Of a stretch of DNA of 64,000 nt, positions 38,601 through 51,923 are shown piece after piece. Source of the DNA: Ginglymostoma cirratum (Eukaryota); NCBI GenBank assembly GCA_024137785.1, contig JAHRHZ010000025.1, positions 23,703,438 to 23,767,437 on the forward strand, read 5' to 3'. The notes beneath the pieces are model-generated. The model was given only the letters and a program-made list of their open reading frames with translations, was not told where the DNA came from and ran no database searches. Every line of letters starts with the position of its first letter. Position 1 is the stretch's first letter. Position numbers and translations under genes: made by a program.

Positions 38601-41600
38601 AAGCAAAGCAAAAACCAAATACAGTTCATGTTTGTTTAGTATCCTTTTGTAATTGTTCGGTGGATGTGTGGAAATGAAATAATATCAAAAAAATTCAGAG
38701 CGCAGTAATTAAATATTCATAAACTCCCTTCTGTGCGAAGTGTAGGTAACTGTACACGGTAGACTTTTGTGCTAGAGTCGACAGATCAACATTTTCGATT
38801 TAATGGTTAAATATTGCTATTTTCATACAATATAGACAGTTAACAAATTGTTTCAAGAGTAAACGTCAACGCGCACACAATCTAGCTAGGAGCTCATTTA
38901 CAAATCTGGCATGGTACTTCCTTTGTGTAGCTTTTGTTAACATCACTTCAGGTAATCAATTTGTTTTTCTCGTTCCTGTCCATCTCTACTGTATTTTCTC
39001 TTAAAACTCCCGCAGGTATTTTGAAATAAAAGTTTCAGATTGCAACAGTAGCAGCGAATGTGCAGTGCCCACATTGCAATGTGAAAGCGCGCTGACAAAA
39101 TCCGCATTTACGTTTCCGAATTAATAATATTGAAAGGGCGATGACCACTAACAGGTGCAATGAATGAATTATTGGCTTTAGTATGTAGGTCCGGAACTGT
39201 GTTCATGTTCTCCCTTCCAACTGCACTTAACCGGCCACCCAACGTTGTACTTGTTATATTTCAGTTAGAATTTACCCGTCAAATGAATGGAAGAGATTAG
39301 AAATGGCCGCTAACACGCACACAGACCATTCTGCGAAACCGAAATAGGGGCTGAGCTGAACGACTTGGGGAGATTAGACTCCAATTTGTTCGACAGGAGG
39401 GTGGATCAATACAATAACAAACACTTCAGCACAATAATTAAACTTCGTTGTTACCTATAAAGCAGCCTGTGTTCAGAAATATTCCATCCTCACTCCAACG
39501 TATGAATATCCGCAATGTTAATAATACAATAATGTTTGGGTCAGTTGTAATGACTATTTCGTAGCGGGATTGCCATGGGGGATATCTGATTTACATTTTA
39601 AATCCCCAACGTGTCGGTTATATGTGCTATGGGGGCACCATTATACATATAATTCGAACATTAATAATTCAATTTCCATTCAAATCCGAAACAAAATTGT
39701 TTAAGGAACAAAACCCGACGAAGAAAACTTTCTCAAATTTGTTGAAAGTTAAATCCATCCACGGTAAATATTGATAAACACCCCCCCCCCCCGATAAAAA
39801 CACTACGCAACTTATTTTAGAATGATCTCAGTGGCAACAAGGCTTGTATTCAGACTCTGGGCGATACTGATGTGTAAATTCAGTTTGTAGCTTGTGAAAG
39901 TAGTCAATTTAGATCGAAAAGCATGTGAATCTTTGCGAGAGACAAGAGCTTTCTCAGAGATTTCTAGAAGTAACATATATCTTGGCGATCGGGGGAGAGA
40001 CTACCGAGTGAAGAAAAGGCTGTTGTGAGCATGGGAATTTTTTTTGAAAAGGAGTTTATGCTTATGCTAAGTGCGTTTGAATGCATGACAAAGTGTTGTC
40101 TCTTTTCAGTTCGGAAAAACCGTGTCTGTAAGAAACAGTGGGATGGGGGTGTGGCGTGGGGAAGTGTAGGTGATTTTCAATGTACAGATGTACATGATTT
40201 TGATACTAGTGCCTCTCACTGGTAGCAGTACTGGCGTACTAGATGCACGCACTGGGCTTTCTTCCGTTCATTCGGTTGCATTGCTTAGACCTCGGTAACC
40301 ATCACTTTGTGTCAAGAACTACACCTTGGAAAAAAAACAAAGCTTTTTGATTTCTGACTGGAATGGTTTCTCGAGGCAGCCTAGACGAGCTGTTCACTGA
40401 TAATGCATTTTATTACGAATGCTCAGAATCATCCCAGACATTTAGAATTTGTCAGACTAAAGCAAATGGGGAAAGCTGCATAACGAGAAGAACAGGTTTT
40501 AAGCATACTTCGCAGACTCTGCCCCGTGTATACTAATTAACTTCACACGCAACTAATCAAACAGATCATTTGAATAATGTCCAGCGAAGGACTATTTCCT
40601 CGCGTTATTGTAAACTAATGCTAAAACCAAGAAATGCATTTTCCTGTGCATTTTTAAAGAACATTTTTGGCGGTGATCGAAGACTCAATGCAAGGAATAC
40701 ATTCCGGGACATACCCGCCTCACTGAACATTCAAGTCGCCCTACCTTTTCTACAAAAAAAAGTACAGATATAATGCCGGAAAATCAATGGGGAAAACCAA
40801 ATGTACAAAATTAACTTGAATACAACTATCAATATAAGGGACGAATAAAAAGTTTATTCCCATGTTTATTTATATATGTGCGCGCGTGTGTAAATATATA
40901 CATTCATTCCGGAAGGCTATTTACAGTTTAACTGGCACATGTGTATACTTGATCTTATTGCAGGTTCGATCACCTTATTACGTTGATCCGAAATAAGTTT
41001 CATACTTTTTTGCCAACACGGCTAAAGTCTGTGTTCCACCTAAGAACAAAAGATAGATGGTTTTATAATTACCGCGAGTGGAATAGTAATGTTTTCTTCA
41101 CGATAAGGCTTCCTAGTCTGCGAAAGTGTAGAAATTCACGAACATAATTGGGACAGTAGCCTGACCTCGAGAAATGCCGAAACTAGAAAAATAAACTCAA
41201 TTTCCCTGTCTAGTTTACTGCTTTTGGGACTGAGGCTGGGGACAAAGGTGCCTACCTTGTTCATGCTTTACAAGAGTCCCGTAAGAAATTAATGGCCACC
41301 TTTAAAGTTTTGTTTTGAAGAGATGACATTAGTTATTCATAAGATACTTTAAACAGAAGGGGACCGACTGTATCTTATTAGCATTAACACAACTGATCAA
41401 TTGTTCAAGACTGGAAACGTTTGCCTCTTCCCAAATCTGGAGAAGATATCTCCTCCAGTTTTTAAAGCTACACAAGTCACTTGATGCACAACATCCGCAC
41501 GATTTTCTACTGGTTAACGCCAGGAAATGATAATACAGAAATAATTTGGCAGAAGCAAGTGGCGCTTGACTAAGTGTTTTCTAAGTCTTCTAATAATATT

Positions 41601-42834
41601 CCACATATTTAAATTCAAAAATGCTTTTGCAGTTTTGAAATGATTATAACCTCATAATTGACTCCACCGCTTTTTTGATTACATTATATCGAAAAACGAT
41701 TTCTTATAGATCTCGAATTTTTCCATCTGTGCAAACATCCTAGTGTCTGTGAACGATCCCTGTTTGAATACCGTGCCATTTTACATATAGGTTCCATTTT
41801 TGCGTGTCCATGTTGAATAATCGTCAGGGGTCCTGGTCGCGCTCTCTAAACGAGTTGTGACATCACATGTCATTCAATATTTTGTTTTAATTTTATTACC
41901 CGTCCTTAACTGTTTAGAATGTTGATCTGTTTTCTTTGTGTAACTTCCATTGCTGTTATGCTATCTGGTATAAAAGTGTATGTGATTCGATTCTTTCTGC
42001 CATGTCTTTGTGTAATTCGTATGTTGTTAGGAGATTTAGCCCTGGTTCTCGGTGTCAGCTTTGAGGGACATCACAGATTCATGATCTCACATTAAAATCA
42101 ATTGAATTCCCCTTCTGTCGCCTGCAGCAATCCCCGGTTTTTTGTTGTTGCCGTTGGACAGGAGAGAAATGGAAAAGGGTGAATCTTATCGTTTAAGAGA
42201 CCTAAATTCCTGTTTTGAACAGTTTAATCTCACCTTCAATTAAACCCTCTATAAAATGCTTTACAAATCTCATTTCCCTTGCAGAAAAAAACCTACTAAT
42301 CGATTTACTTTCTCATCTTTCTTTCCAAACAAGAAATTGTTAGCCTGTCCATGAGACGACTTATTTTAAATTTTTCTGTCAGAACGTTCCTTAAAGCGAA
42401 TTATTTTCCGCGTCGACTTTTCTCCGTAAATTAAATGCATCGCTCCATCCCCAACATGCACAGTCACACTAATGCACACATAAGATGCAAATGTGAAAGG
42501 ATATCTCTAAAATTATTAATATCAACTGTTTGATGATTATATCAAGCTAAGTTCCAAACTCTTGCAAAATGGAAGTTCTAAAGTTAGACTCAAATTGCAA
42601 CTTTTAGTCATCTTTGATTCGGACATAATATAGGTTTGCTCTATAGTTGCTAACACAAAAAAAAATACACACTGTGTGTTTATTTTCATAGATTTTTCTG
42701 CATTGAGTTCACAGTTCTACTCTGCGGTCTATCAGCCAGTGTGCTGGATACAGAGCAGGCTTTCCATTTTCATTCTCCGCCCTGAGAGTCCCGTGTATTA
42801 GTGTCACAGTGACACCCAGTGGAATATACAACAG

Positions 42835-43022
42835 ATAGCTTCTCGGCCTTTTGGCTAAGATCATGCGTAGTCTCCGTTCTTACCAGATTTAATATCTGAT
42901 ACGTCCCTGAATGGAGGACTCAATATTAATCTGATTTCTGGAGCGGGGAATTGGAATAGGGACTTGCTCCGTCCACTCCTCGCATCATCTTGATATTGCC
43001 GTGTCTCCGAGAATGGTGCACT
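42835..43022 (+). ncRNA. RNU2: U2 snRNA full-length variant or pseudogene
   Basis: ATAGCTTCTCGGCCTTTTGGCTAAGATCA...TTTAATATCTGATACGTCC...GGAATAGG...TTGCTCCGTCCACTCC...GGTGCAC is colinear with vertebrate U2 over about 188 nt. It has substitutions in the branch-point recognition and Sm sites. Confidence 0.9.
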
Positions 43023-43773
43023 CTAGCACCTGCAGTTCTCGCTATCTCCGAACATACTATAGATTATAGGTGGAAACCTTCGAGGTTCGTGTCTGTTGCA
43101 AACACAACGTAACAAGACTTGAAATAGTTAATCGCACGAGGACACTGCCACCTACCAAATGACTTTATCACTGGGAAAAATCAGAATTCAATGCGCTGTT
43201 TGTTCCATGTACAAACTGAAGGCAACTGTAATCGCCATCTCCTCACAAGTTATTGAAGTTAGATTTTACTTGAATCGAAATTGCAATTTTTCTGTGAGTA
43301 TTGCTGGGGGTATGATGCTGATATCTTGCAGTCCTGTTGCGTGGGTGTCTACAATCCAGCCACTCATTTGCCTTCTTCTCAGATCAAAATTTGATGATTT
43401 ATGTTAAAAAGCTGATCTAAACTTTTCTACACAGTGCTAAATGTTTCAGAAACTGCGATTCCAGATCCAAAACAAAAATCTGGGTCTAACCGGTAGTAAT
43501 CTATTTAAATTAGTGGGTAGTACTCAGTAGGAAAGGTACAGACAACCAGAACAATGTACCACTTTAAAACGGAAATGTACATGTAGTTCTAAATCTGCGC
43601 CAAGATCACCTGTAGAAGGCAGTTTGACTCCAGGCTGGTACGAATACACATTCTAAAAGTCCCTGGACGATATGTTGAACCTGCTGAGAACTTTATAAAT
43701 TTCTCCTACCCTAAGTAAGGGCTGAAAGCCGTCTGGAGGCTTCCAATGTTAAAAAATAATAGGGATAGGGCTT

Positions 43774-43897
43774 AGAGATAAAAGGTACTGCAGATGCTGG
43801 AGAATCCGAGATAACAAGTTGTGCAGCTGGATGAACACAGCAGGCCAAGCAGCATCATAGGAGCAGGAAAGCTTGACGTTTCGGGCCTAGACCCTTA
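43774..43897 (-). mobile_element. Penelope-derived repeat, truncated within the hammerhead core
   Basis: ...aggaaagcttgacgtttcgggcctagaccctt is the reverse complement of AAGGGTCTAGGCCCGAAACGTCAAGC. Confidence 0.75.
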
Positions 43898-45691
43898 TTT
43901 GTGTACCGAAGCATAGCTCCTTTGTCACCAATGTCAACGCGACCCACAGAGAAGTGGTGGTATGACAGTATTCTGCTTCGCCGAGGATGAAACCATTCAC
44001 GCAATCCAGTTGCGCGCTTAGATGCTAGCTCTTACCACTCTTTCTTTATACCAGCTACAGAACTGTAAAATCATACAGGCCATTTACTGAACTGTTTTAA
44101 ATTCAAAATCGGCCCAGGATTTGCTGTCAAAATAATTATGAAGCCAGTAACATTCATTATAATTTAAGCTTGAACGGTACAGTAAATTTATGCGACAGCC
44201 AGATGTGCGAGGAAAAGCCTATAAAAGTTGCCGCCCTCGTTGGATTACTCTGCTGTACTGTTTGCCTTACCACTGAAATGAATTATTGGCTTCAAGTTAT
44301 TATACTTAAGATACTAGAACGTGCACGCTCACCAAAAAATATAAACCAATGATTTGTAATGACGTGGAAAGTACTATTTTTGATTTATTCGGCATTGAAA
44401 ATCAAATATTAAAATTGTACAGACCAATTACCTCAAGTACTAATTGTTGAAGATTTGAAAATGTCAATAATCTATACATTTTTAAAAATTATTTTCCTTT
44501 CCACTTTCTTGCCCCAATCCAACCTTTTTTCGTTTTTTTAAAAATCAGATTTGACATTTAATTCACCTCCCTAATTTACAGTTCCTTCACCCCCCATGGT
44601 TTATTTCAAAGTCATCCACTCTGATTAGTTAAGAAGATATACAATTGCCTATCCAGTCAATTCAGCTCCCAAATGCTGTGTTGCCGTCAAACTCCAGAAT
44701 CACTCACACCTTCAGAGCAACTAACAAACAGCAAAGCTGCCATTAGATGCCCTCAAAAGCAAAATCTGGGCCACGAACTTTTTTTTAATTAATAAATTCA
44801 AAGAATCATCAGCAACAACTCACATTTTTATGGTTTATTTCATGCAGTGAGACGTTGCAAGTTGGTTCACAGGAGACAAAAGCTAACAACTCTAATTTTA
44901 AAAAAGACTGATAATTTAACAAAAGTAGGTAAAAGACTGAGTATCTGCTTAAATCAAAATGCACCAAACTCTGTTTTAACTGAAACAGCATAACTCCATA
45001 CTGTTCACTCATACTGCGCTAGAAGTGGCACCAGCTCCACATGTAACTGCAATATGAAATAAAAAGCCAAATGGCGAAAAGTGAAAAAAAAGTTTTCTGG
45101 TATGTACTTGACCTATCAGTCATAACCTAACTGTAATATACCTTACACATATCTCTCCTTGAATACTGCATCCAATTCTGGTCATCATGACACAGGGTTC
45201 AAAATGTTGGAGGCAGTGTACATAATGGCCACAGGGCTGACCGCCTAATGTTAGACATCTGAGTTATGAGGAAAGAAAGAGAGTCTTGGACTTGACAGCC
45301 TACAAAGGAAATTTCTAAATTATACTTCTGCTATGGAGATATGAAATACGGTAACCAGTATCGAAAATGTAAATTTAGATAAGTATTTTAAATTAAACTA
45401 CCAGAATAGTAAAACAAAATTTGACTGTCATCAGAAAGTTCTTTTTAAAAAGTATGATGATCACAGACAAACAATGCAACATATGCTTAATGCTGGAAAC
45501 TGGAATTCCCTTCCTAACAGTGGTTCAAGAAAGTGGCTCATCACCACCAACTCAAGGCAAATAGAGATGGGCAATAAATGCTGGTCTATTTAACAATACC
45601 AATATTCCATAAGCAAATACATTTTTAAAAAATCTGAATCAAAAACACAAACACAACACTAAAAATACTCAGTCCATCAGACACTATCAGT

Positions 45692-45892
45692 TTAGGTGGC
45701 TTGGCTATGCTAAATTGCCCATAGTGTCCAGGGATGTGCAGGCTAGACGGATTAGCCGAGGGAAATGCAGGGTTACATGGAGAGGGTGGGGGTGGGTCTG
45801 GGTGGGATTCTCTTCAGAGTGTAAGTGTGGACTTGATGGGCCAAATGGCCTGCTTCCACACTGTAGGGTTTCTAGGTTCTGTGATTCTATGA
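45692..45892 (+). mobile_element. Partial HE1-type SINE (3' half)
   Basis: Reverse-complement similarity to 15033-15215: gggatgtgcaggctag...gggaaatgcagggtta...gggccaaatggcctgcttccacactgtaggg. Confidence 0.8.
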
Positions 45893-47934
45893 TCTCTAGA
45901 GAGGGACACAGAGTTAACAGTTCAGGTTGATGGCCTTTCATAAGAACTGGGAAAAAGTTACAAATATAGCAACTTTCAGCATATATAAAAAGAAAACTGG
46001 AAGAATGTAAGGGAAGGTCTGTGCTAAGGCAAAATGGAGGAGAGATTAAATGACAGAAGGGATCATTATGCAAGAGAAAAGGCAATACTAATGCGACAAG
46101 AAAAGAAATTAAAGACAGAACTAGATGAATTCCAAATGGAAATAACAAAGCTATCATATATAGCTGCAGTCTTTAAAAATGACAGGAGAAATTATCATCT
46201 GAAATTATTGAACTCAATGTTAATCTGGAAAGCTGTAAAGTACTTTACCAAAAGATAAGATTATGTTGTTCTAGTTAATTTTCAATTTTATTGGAACAGT
46301 TTAGGAGGCTAAGGACAGAGAGGCCATAATGGAAGTAGGTCAGAGAATTAAATGGCAAATAGTAAGATCTAAAACAGAACTGTTAAATTTATATCATGAT
46401 CTGGTTAGGAACCAGTAACATTTTTTTTAACAATATACAAAATTTGTCCTTCCAGGTATTGACTAAGCGAGTAAAGCCACAAGATTCCAGTGATTTTAAA
46501 CAAACATATAAACTTCACTATACAAGATTAGAAAATGAACACAAATATATACAGATGACTTATTTTCTAATATCTAGAATTAACGAGTTAAATATGATTT
46601 GGCAGTCAAAATGTGAATGAACATCCCATAGAAGACATTGAAAAAGCAGATGCAGTCAAGACAGATCCCAAGATTTTTAGCAACCCAGCCTAATGTTAAT
46701 GACACTGTCAGTCACCAAATCTCTTTAAAACTTTGTCTCTTTCACAAAGGAATATGAAATCTTCACTTTTGAAGATTTTCCTCAAAAGCTATTTCACTTT
46801 GGATTGCCTCAAAGGGTGCTCACCTTCCAGTGGTTTGAACTTTTTATAGGACTGCTCTCCCTGGATTTCTAAGGCTGTACTCCAGCACTTGTTCGTGGCA
46901 TAATTCCAGCTCTTTTATAGACACCTAGTTTCACTAAATTGGCACAATCCCTGTACTTCTCTCAATGCCAGCTTCTCAGCTACACTGAACTACAAATTTC
47001 ACTCCTGGGCTTCTTTGAGCCCCAATCCTCTGCTGCACTGGGCAGACAATCCTGTCGTGGTAACGTTATTAGATTTGTAATCCAGAAATCCATGTTAATG
47101 CTCTGCGAACATGGATACATATCTCACCATGACAAATGGTGAAAGTTGAATTCACTTTTTAAAAAAAATCTGTAATTAAAAGCTTCTTTCTTTGATCTGT
47201 CCCTATCAATACATATTGTCTGTCTTCCTTCCAGAACACTGCTTTGTGAGGTTTTTTTTAAGGGTTTACAAATAGAATGCAGTTTTTGAAAAAGTTTATA
47301 TACAATCTGAATTTCTGGCTTCAGATTGGTTAGTCTGATACATGATAGTTTTGATCCCCAAGTCATCTCAATTTGCCTAGTCACGTAAGGACTTTGACCA
47401 ATCTTCTGCAGTTAATAGTTCTACATAATTCAAATTGTTCTATTCAATTCGGCTACCATTGCAATCAACAAGTGTTGATGTGGTTACAAACATAATGTCC
47501 GAAATACTGCTCTGAATTGGCAGCCAGTCCATTGGCCCTTTCTTACAGTATAGAATGGCTAAAGATATCTGTGGATGTGTTCCCTGCAATAAATGCCTTT
47601 AAGAGAGATGAAAAGTGTCAAAAGAACATGTAAATTTATAATTTATTTATTTTTGCTATGAATATGAGTAATACTATTCTGATCGATAAAAAGAATAGTG
47701 TAAATTTAAAACTTGCAAAATAAATCACACCAATGTAACTTCCATGGTATAACACGGTGAATTTAGTTGATTAGAATTTGCTTGCCTAAAATAATATTGA
47801 AGTGTGTGAGTAACATATACAGTTAATTTTCCATGTAAGTCTTCAACCCACAAAGAAGTTAAGGAAGTTTTCTAATTTTAGATTGAATCTGAGGGGCTTG
47901 TCAGATTTTCTATCAATTGGTTTGGTCTTTATGC

Positions 47935-48130
47935 CTGGAAGGTTGGTTTAGCTTAGCTGGCTGTTTTGCAATATAGAGTGACACTGACAGCATGGGTTTA
48001 ATTTCCACATGGGCTGAGATTACCATGAAGATAATCCTTCTCCAACATCTTCTCCTCACCTGAGGCATGGTGACCCTCAGGTTAAGTCACTACCAGTCAT
48101 CTCCATCTAATGACAGAGTAGCCCTGGTAT
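47935..48130 (+). mobile_element. Old tRNA-derived SINE
   Basis: A-box/B-box-like head (tagcttagctgg...ggtttaatttcc) and an internal hairpin cctgaggcatggtgaccctcagg. Confidence 0.5.
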
Positions 48131-48216
48131 GATGAATTTTGTTTTGTCATCATCTCTTGCTGAGGACAGACACATAGAATAATAAATGGCTGGATTCAAA
48201 TAGCTTGACTTGTTTC

Positions 48217-48290
48217 AGTATACTATAGTATACTATACTATAGTATAGTATACTATACTATAATATAGTATTATACTATATTATAGCATA
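48217..48290. repeat. AT-rich palindromic TATAG/CTATA repeat
   Basis: Perfect 34-bp palindrome at 48224-48257 and a 14-bp inverted repeat at 48258-48271 / 48273-48286. Confidence 0.9.
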
Positions 48291-49936
48291 ATATTCCTAT
48301 AATATTATGAACCACAATAGCAAAACATTTTACAGGTATCATTTCAAATCCAGGATTAAATTATAGCTCAATTGCTTAATGGGAGCCACACATTATTTTT
48401 ACTGTATGCAATACAGTTTCAGTAAAAGGGAAACAATGCCAATGACATTGAAAAGCACTGTCAGAATCACAATGTTTAAAAATTTGCAAAATGTTTCTGT
48501 GATACACGTAGTTTTCTTTACGTAGTTCTATTTTGTAGCTTTAGATTGTAATCTTATTTTTAGACTCCCTTTGTGCTGCACCTGCAACGCTTTTCTGCAC
48601 TCCTCATTGAATATGGTTGGGCCCGAGATTGATGATAATGGTAGAACAATAGGAATGGGAGATCATGGGACATGGCAGGCCATGTGATTCCAGATTGCAA
48701 TAGAATACAGTTGCAAAAGATCCACAGCATTTCCTGAAAGACCGATTTTTAGCTGATAGCTGCTTTGAATCTGTCTCATTTAGCACAGTGGTATTGACAT
48801 ACAACAGAAGGCGTCATTGGTGTAACTACAGGACTTCTTCACAAGGGCAGTGGTCACTCCTACCAATACTGTCTTGGACAGGTGCACCTGTAACAGATTG
48901 GTCAGATGAGGTCATGTAGGTTCCTGCCTTCTTTCCTTCTCTCATCACCCACTGTATGCTTTTCACTGTTCAGCTAACTTGTCAATATGGTGGTAGGAAG
49001 TGAAGTCCTTCTTCCAAGTTGTGTTTAACATGGAGCAGTACAAATGCTGCAGCTAAAGGAATGCCTCAACAACTTAATTGGCACAGATCAGCTAACGCAT
49101 CCTCAGATTGTAGTTGAAACATCAGATTAAATTACGTAGACATAATATTGTCTTGCTTATCTATTTTTTCCAAGTTTCATTGTTTGCCTTTCAGCTGACT
49201 CAAAGTGATTTATATTAACTGAACTCTGCATTGTAGAGAGAAAAGTAAATAGCAGTATGGAATTTGAAACATTAACAGATCAGCCACAATCTCAGCGAAT
49301 GTCAAACAGCAACCTCAAGGGGCCAAATGGCCTACTTCTGCTCCTCAGCATATGTTCACATGCATGTTCATAAATGCTGACATCCATCTGAAGTAGGACC
49401 AGATGAACACAAAACAGGCAGGGGGCAATTTGGACTAATAATGGCACAAATATTCACTAATCATTTGCAATCCTGTTCAAATAAGGAAGCTAAGCTCATG
49501 TACATGCAGTTCTTAAATGGTATATGATTGTGTTTAAGTTGTTATTTTGTCATTCTGTTTCAGGTATAGGTGAGAAAGATAAGTGTGTAGGGAAAGATGC
49601 AATATCGGTAGCTAATGATGGAAATTAAAGGTAGAACCATATTGAAAAACACACAATTCTATGAAGATTAGTGTCAAAGCAGAAGGATGAAATGTAATAC
49701 ACAGCAAAGAATGACTATAAAAAGAGATTAGAGCAAAGAGAGAGCTAGCTGAAATTATAAATACTGAGAGTAAGAGTTTCTGCAGATATAATAAAGTGCC
49801 ACATAAAATGTTTTTGTGGAAAATAAAAGCTCATGATGTACAGGCATGTATAAAAATGGCTAAACAGGAAGCAAAGAGTAGCCACAAATGGATCTTTTTC
49901 AGGTTGACAAGATGTAACAAGTGGTGTGCCAGAGGA

Positions 49937-49970
49937 GTTAGGGTTAGGGTTAGGGTTAGGGTTAGGGTTA
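49937..49970 (+). repeat. Interstitial telomeric sequence (TTAGGG)5
   Basis: G(TTAGGG)5TTA, perfect. Confidence 0.95.
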
Positions 49971-49999
49971 CAAGTTAAGTAAACTACGTGGATGAATTT

Positions 50000-51453
50000 C
50001 TTAGCCAATGTAGTCCCATTGTTTAGGATGGGTAGCAGAGATAATCCTGAAAATTACAGGCCTGTGAGCCTCATATTGGTGATAGGAAAATAATTAGAAA
50101 AGATTCTCAGGGACAAGATCTATTTGCATTTAGAAGCAAATGGACTTATTAGCGATAGACACCATGGTTTTGTGTGGGGATTGTGCCTCACTAACTTGAT
50201 TGAGATTTTTGAGGAGGTGACAAAGATGATTGATGAAGGAAAAGCAGTTGATTTTGTCTACATGGACTTCAGTAAAGCCTTTGACAAGGTCCCTCATGGC
50301 AGACAGGTACAAAAGATGAAGTCACATGGTATCAGGGTGAGCTGGCAAGATCGATAACAGAACTGGCTTAGTCACAGGAGACAGAGGGTAGCATTGGAAG
50401 GATGATTTATGGAATGGAGGGTTGCGACTAGTGGTGTTTCACATGGATCAGTGCTGGGACCTCTGCTGTTCACGATCTACATAAATAATTTGGAGGAAAA
50501 TGTAGCTCGTTTAATTAGTAAGTTTGCAAATGGTACAAAGATTGTGGAATTGTGGATCATGAGGAGGCCTGTCAGAGCTTACAGCAGGCTTTAGATCAGT
50601 TGGAGGCATGGGCAGAAAAATGGCAGATGGGGTTTAATCTGGACAAATGTGAGGTGATACATTTTGGAAGGTCAAGTACAGGTGGAAATTATACAGTGAA
50701 TGGCAGAACCTTTAGGAGTATTGGTATGCAGAGGGATCTGGGTGTGCAGATCCACAGATCACAGAAGGTGGCAGCACAGGTAGATAAGGTTATAAAAAAG
50801 GCCTATGACATGCTTGGCTTCATTGGAAGGGGCGAGGAGTAGAGAGATCGACAAGTTACACTGCAGCTTTATAGAACTTTAGTTAGGCCACATTTGGAAT
50901 TTTGAGTACAGTTCTGGTTATCACTCTACCAGAAGAATATGGATGCTTTGGAAAGGGTACAGAAAAGATTTACCTAGATGTTGCCTGGGGATTGTATGGG
51001 GGATTTTAGCTACAAAGAATGGTTGGATAGACTGGGTTTGTTTTCAATGGAACGCAGGAGGTTGAGGGTGACCTTATAGAAGTTTATAAGATTGTGAATG
51101 ACATGGATAGAGTGGAAAGTATGAGGCTTCTTCCCAGGATGGAGGGGTTAATTACTAGGGGACACAGATTCAAGGTGCTGGGGGTGGGGGGGAGTAGTTT
51201 CAAAGAGATGTACAAGGCAGGTTTTTCATACAAAAATTGGTGAGTACCTGGAACATGCTGCCAGAGGAAGTGGTGGAAGCAGACACAATAACAGCATTCA
51301 AAAACTCCTTGACAAATACATGAATAGGAAGGAAATAGAGGGTTACAGATCCTGTAGGTGAAGACAGCTTTGGTATGGAAGGGCAAAATGTGTTGGCACA
51401 GTCTTGGAGGGCTGAAGAGCCTGTTCCTGTATTGTATTGTTCTTTGTTCTTTG
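50000..51453 (+). mobile_element. 5'-truncated CR1 LINE (younger insertion)
   Basis: NYRPVSL, HGF..CLTNLIEIFEEVT, VYMDFSKAFDKVPH, SGVSHGSVLGPLLF and WAEKWQMGFNLDKCEVIHFG; tail ttgttctttgttctttg. Confidence 0.92.
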
Positions 51454-51923
51454 AAGGGAGCAAAGGCATGGCTGCCAATTTTGCTGATGACACAAAGATA
51501 GTCAGGAACACAAGTTGTAAATGGAGGCTACAGAAATAAGTTGAGAGTGGGCAAAGATATATTAAAGAGAGTCTCATGTGGGAAAATACAAAATTGCCCA
51601 TTTTGATAGGAAGAATAAAGAAGAAGCATATTATCTAAATGTGAAAGATTGCAGAGTTTTGAGATGCAGAAGAATTTGGATGTCCTATTGCATGAATTAC
51701 AAAGGTAGTACGTGGGGGCAGCAGATAGATAGGAAAACTAATAGAATGTTATCATTTGATGTGAGGGGAATTTTAATAGAAAAGGAGGTTACGCTCCAGT
51801 TACACAGGGCCCTGGTGAAACTGCATCTGAGATACTATGTATAGTATTGGTCACCTTATTCAAGGAAAGTATTAATGCAGCAAAAGCAGTTCAGAGAAGG
51901 GTTATCAGACTAATATATGGAAT

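Noticed and set aside
46034-46258. Charged, coiled-coil-looking 74-aa ORF
   Set aside because: Lies in purine-rich sequence continuing a Penelope-like terminal repeat (from about 45900); no splice or homology support.
49745-50008. ORFs with NPNPNP / VRVRVR repeats
   Set aside because: Simply translations of the telomeric repeat.
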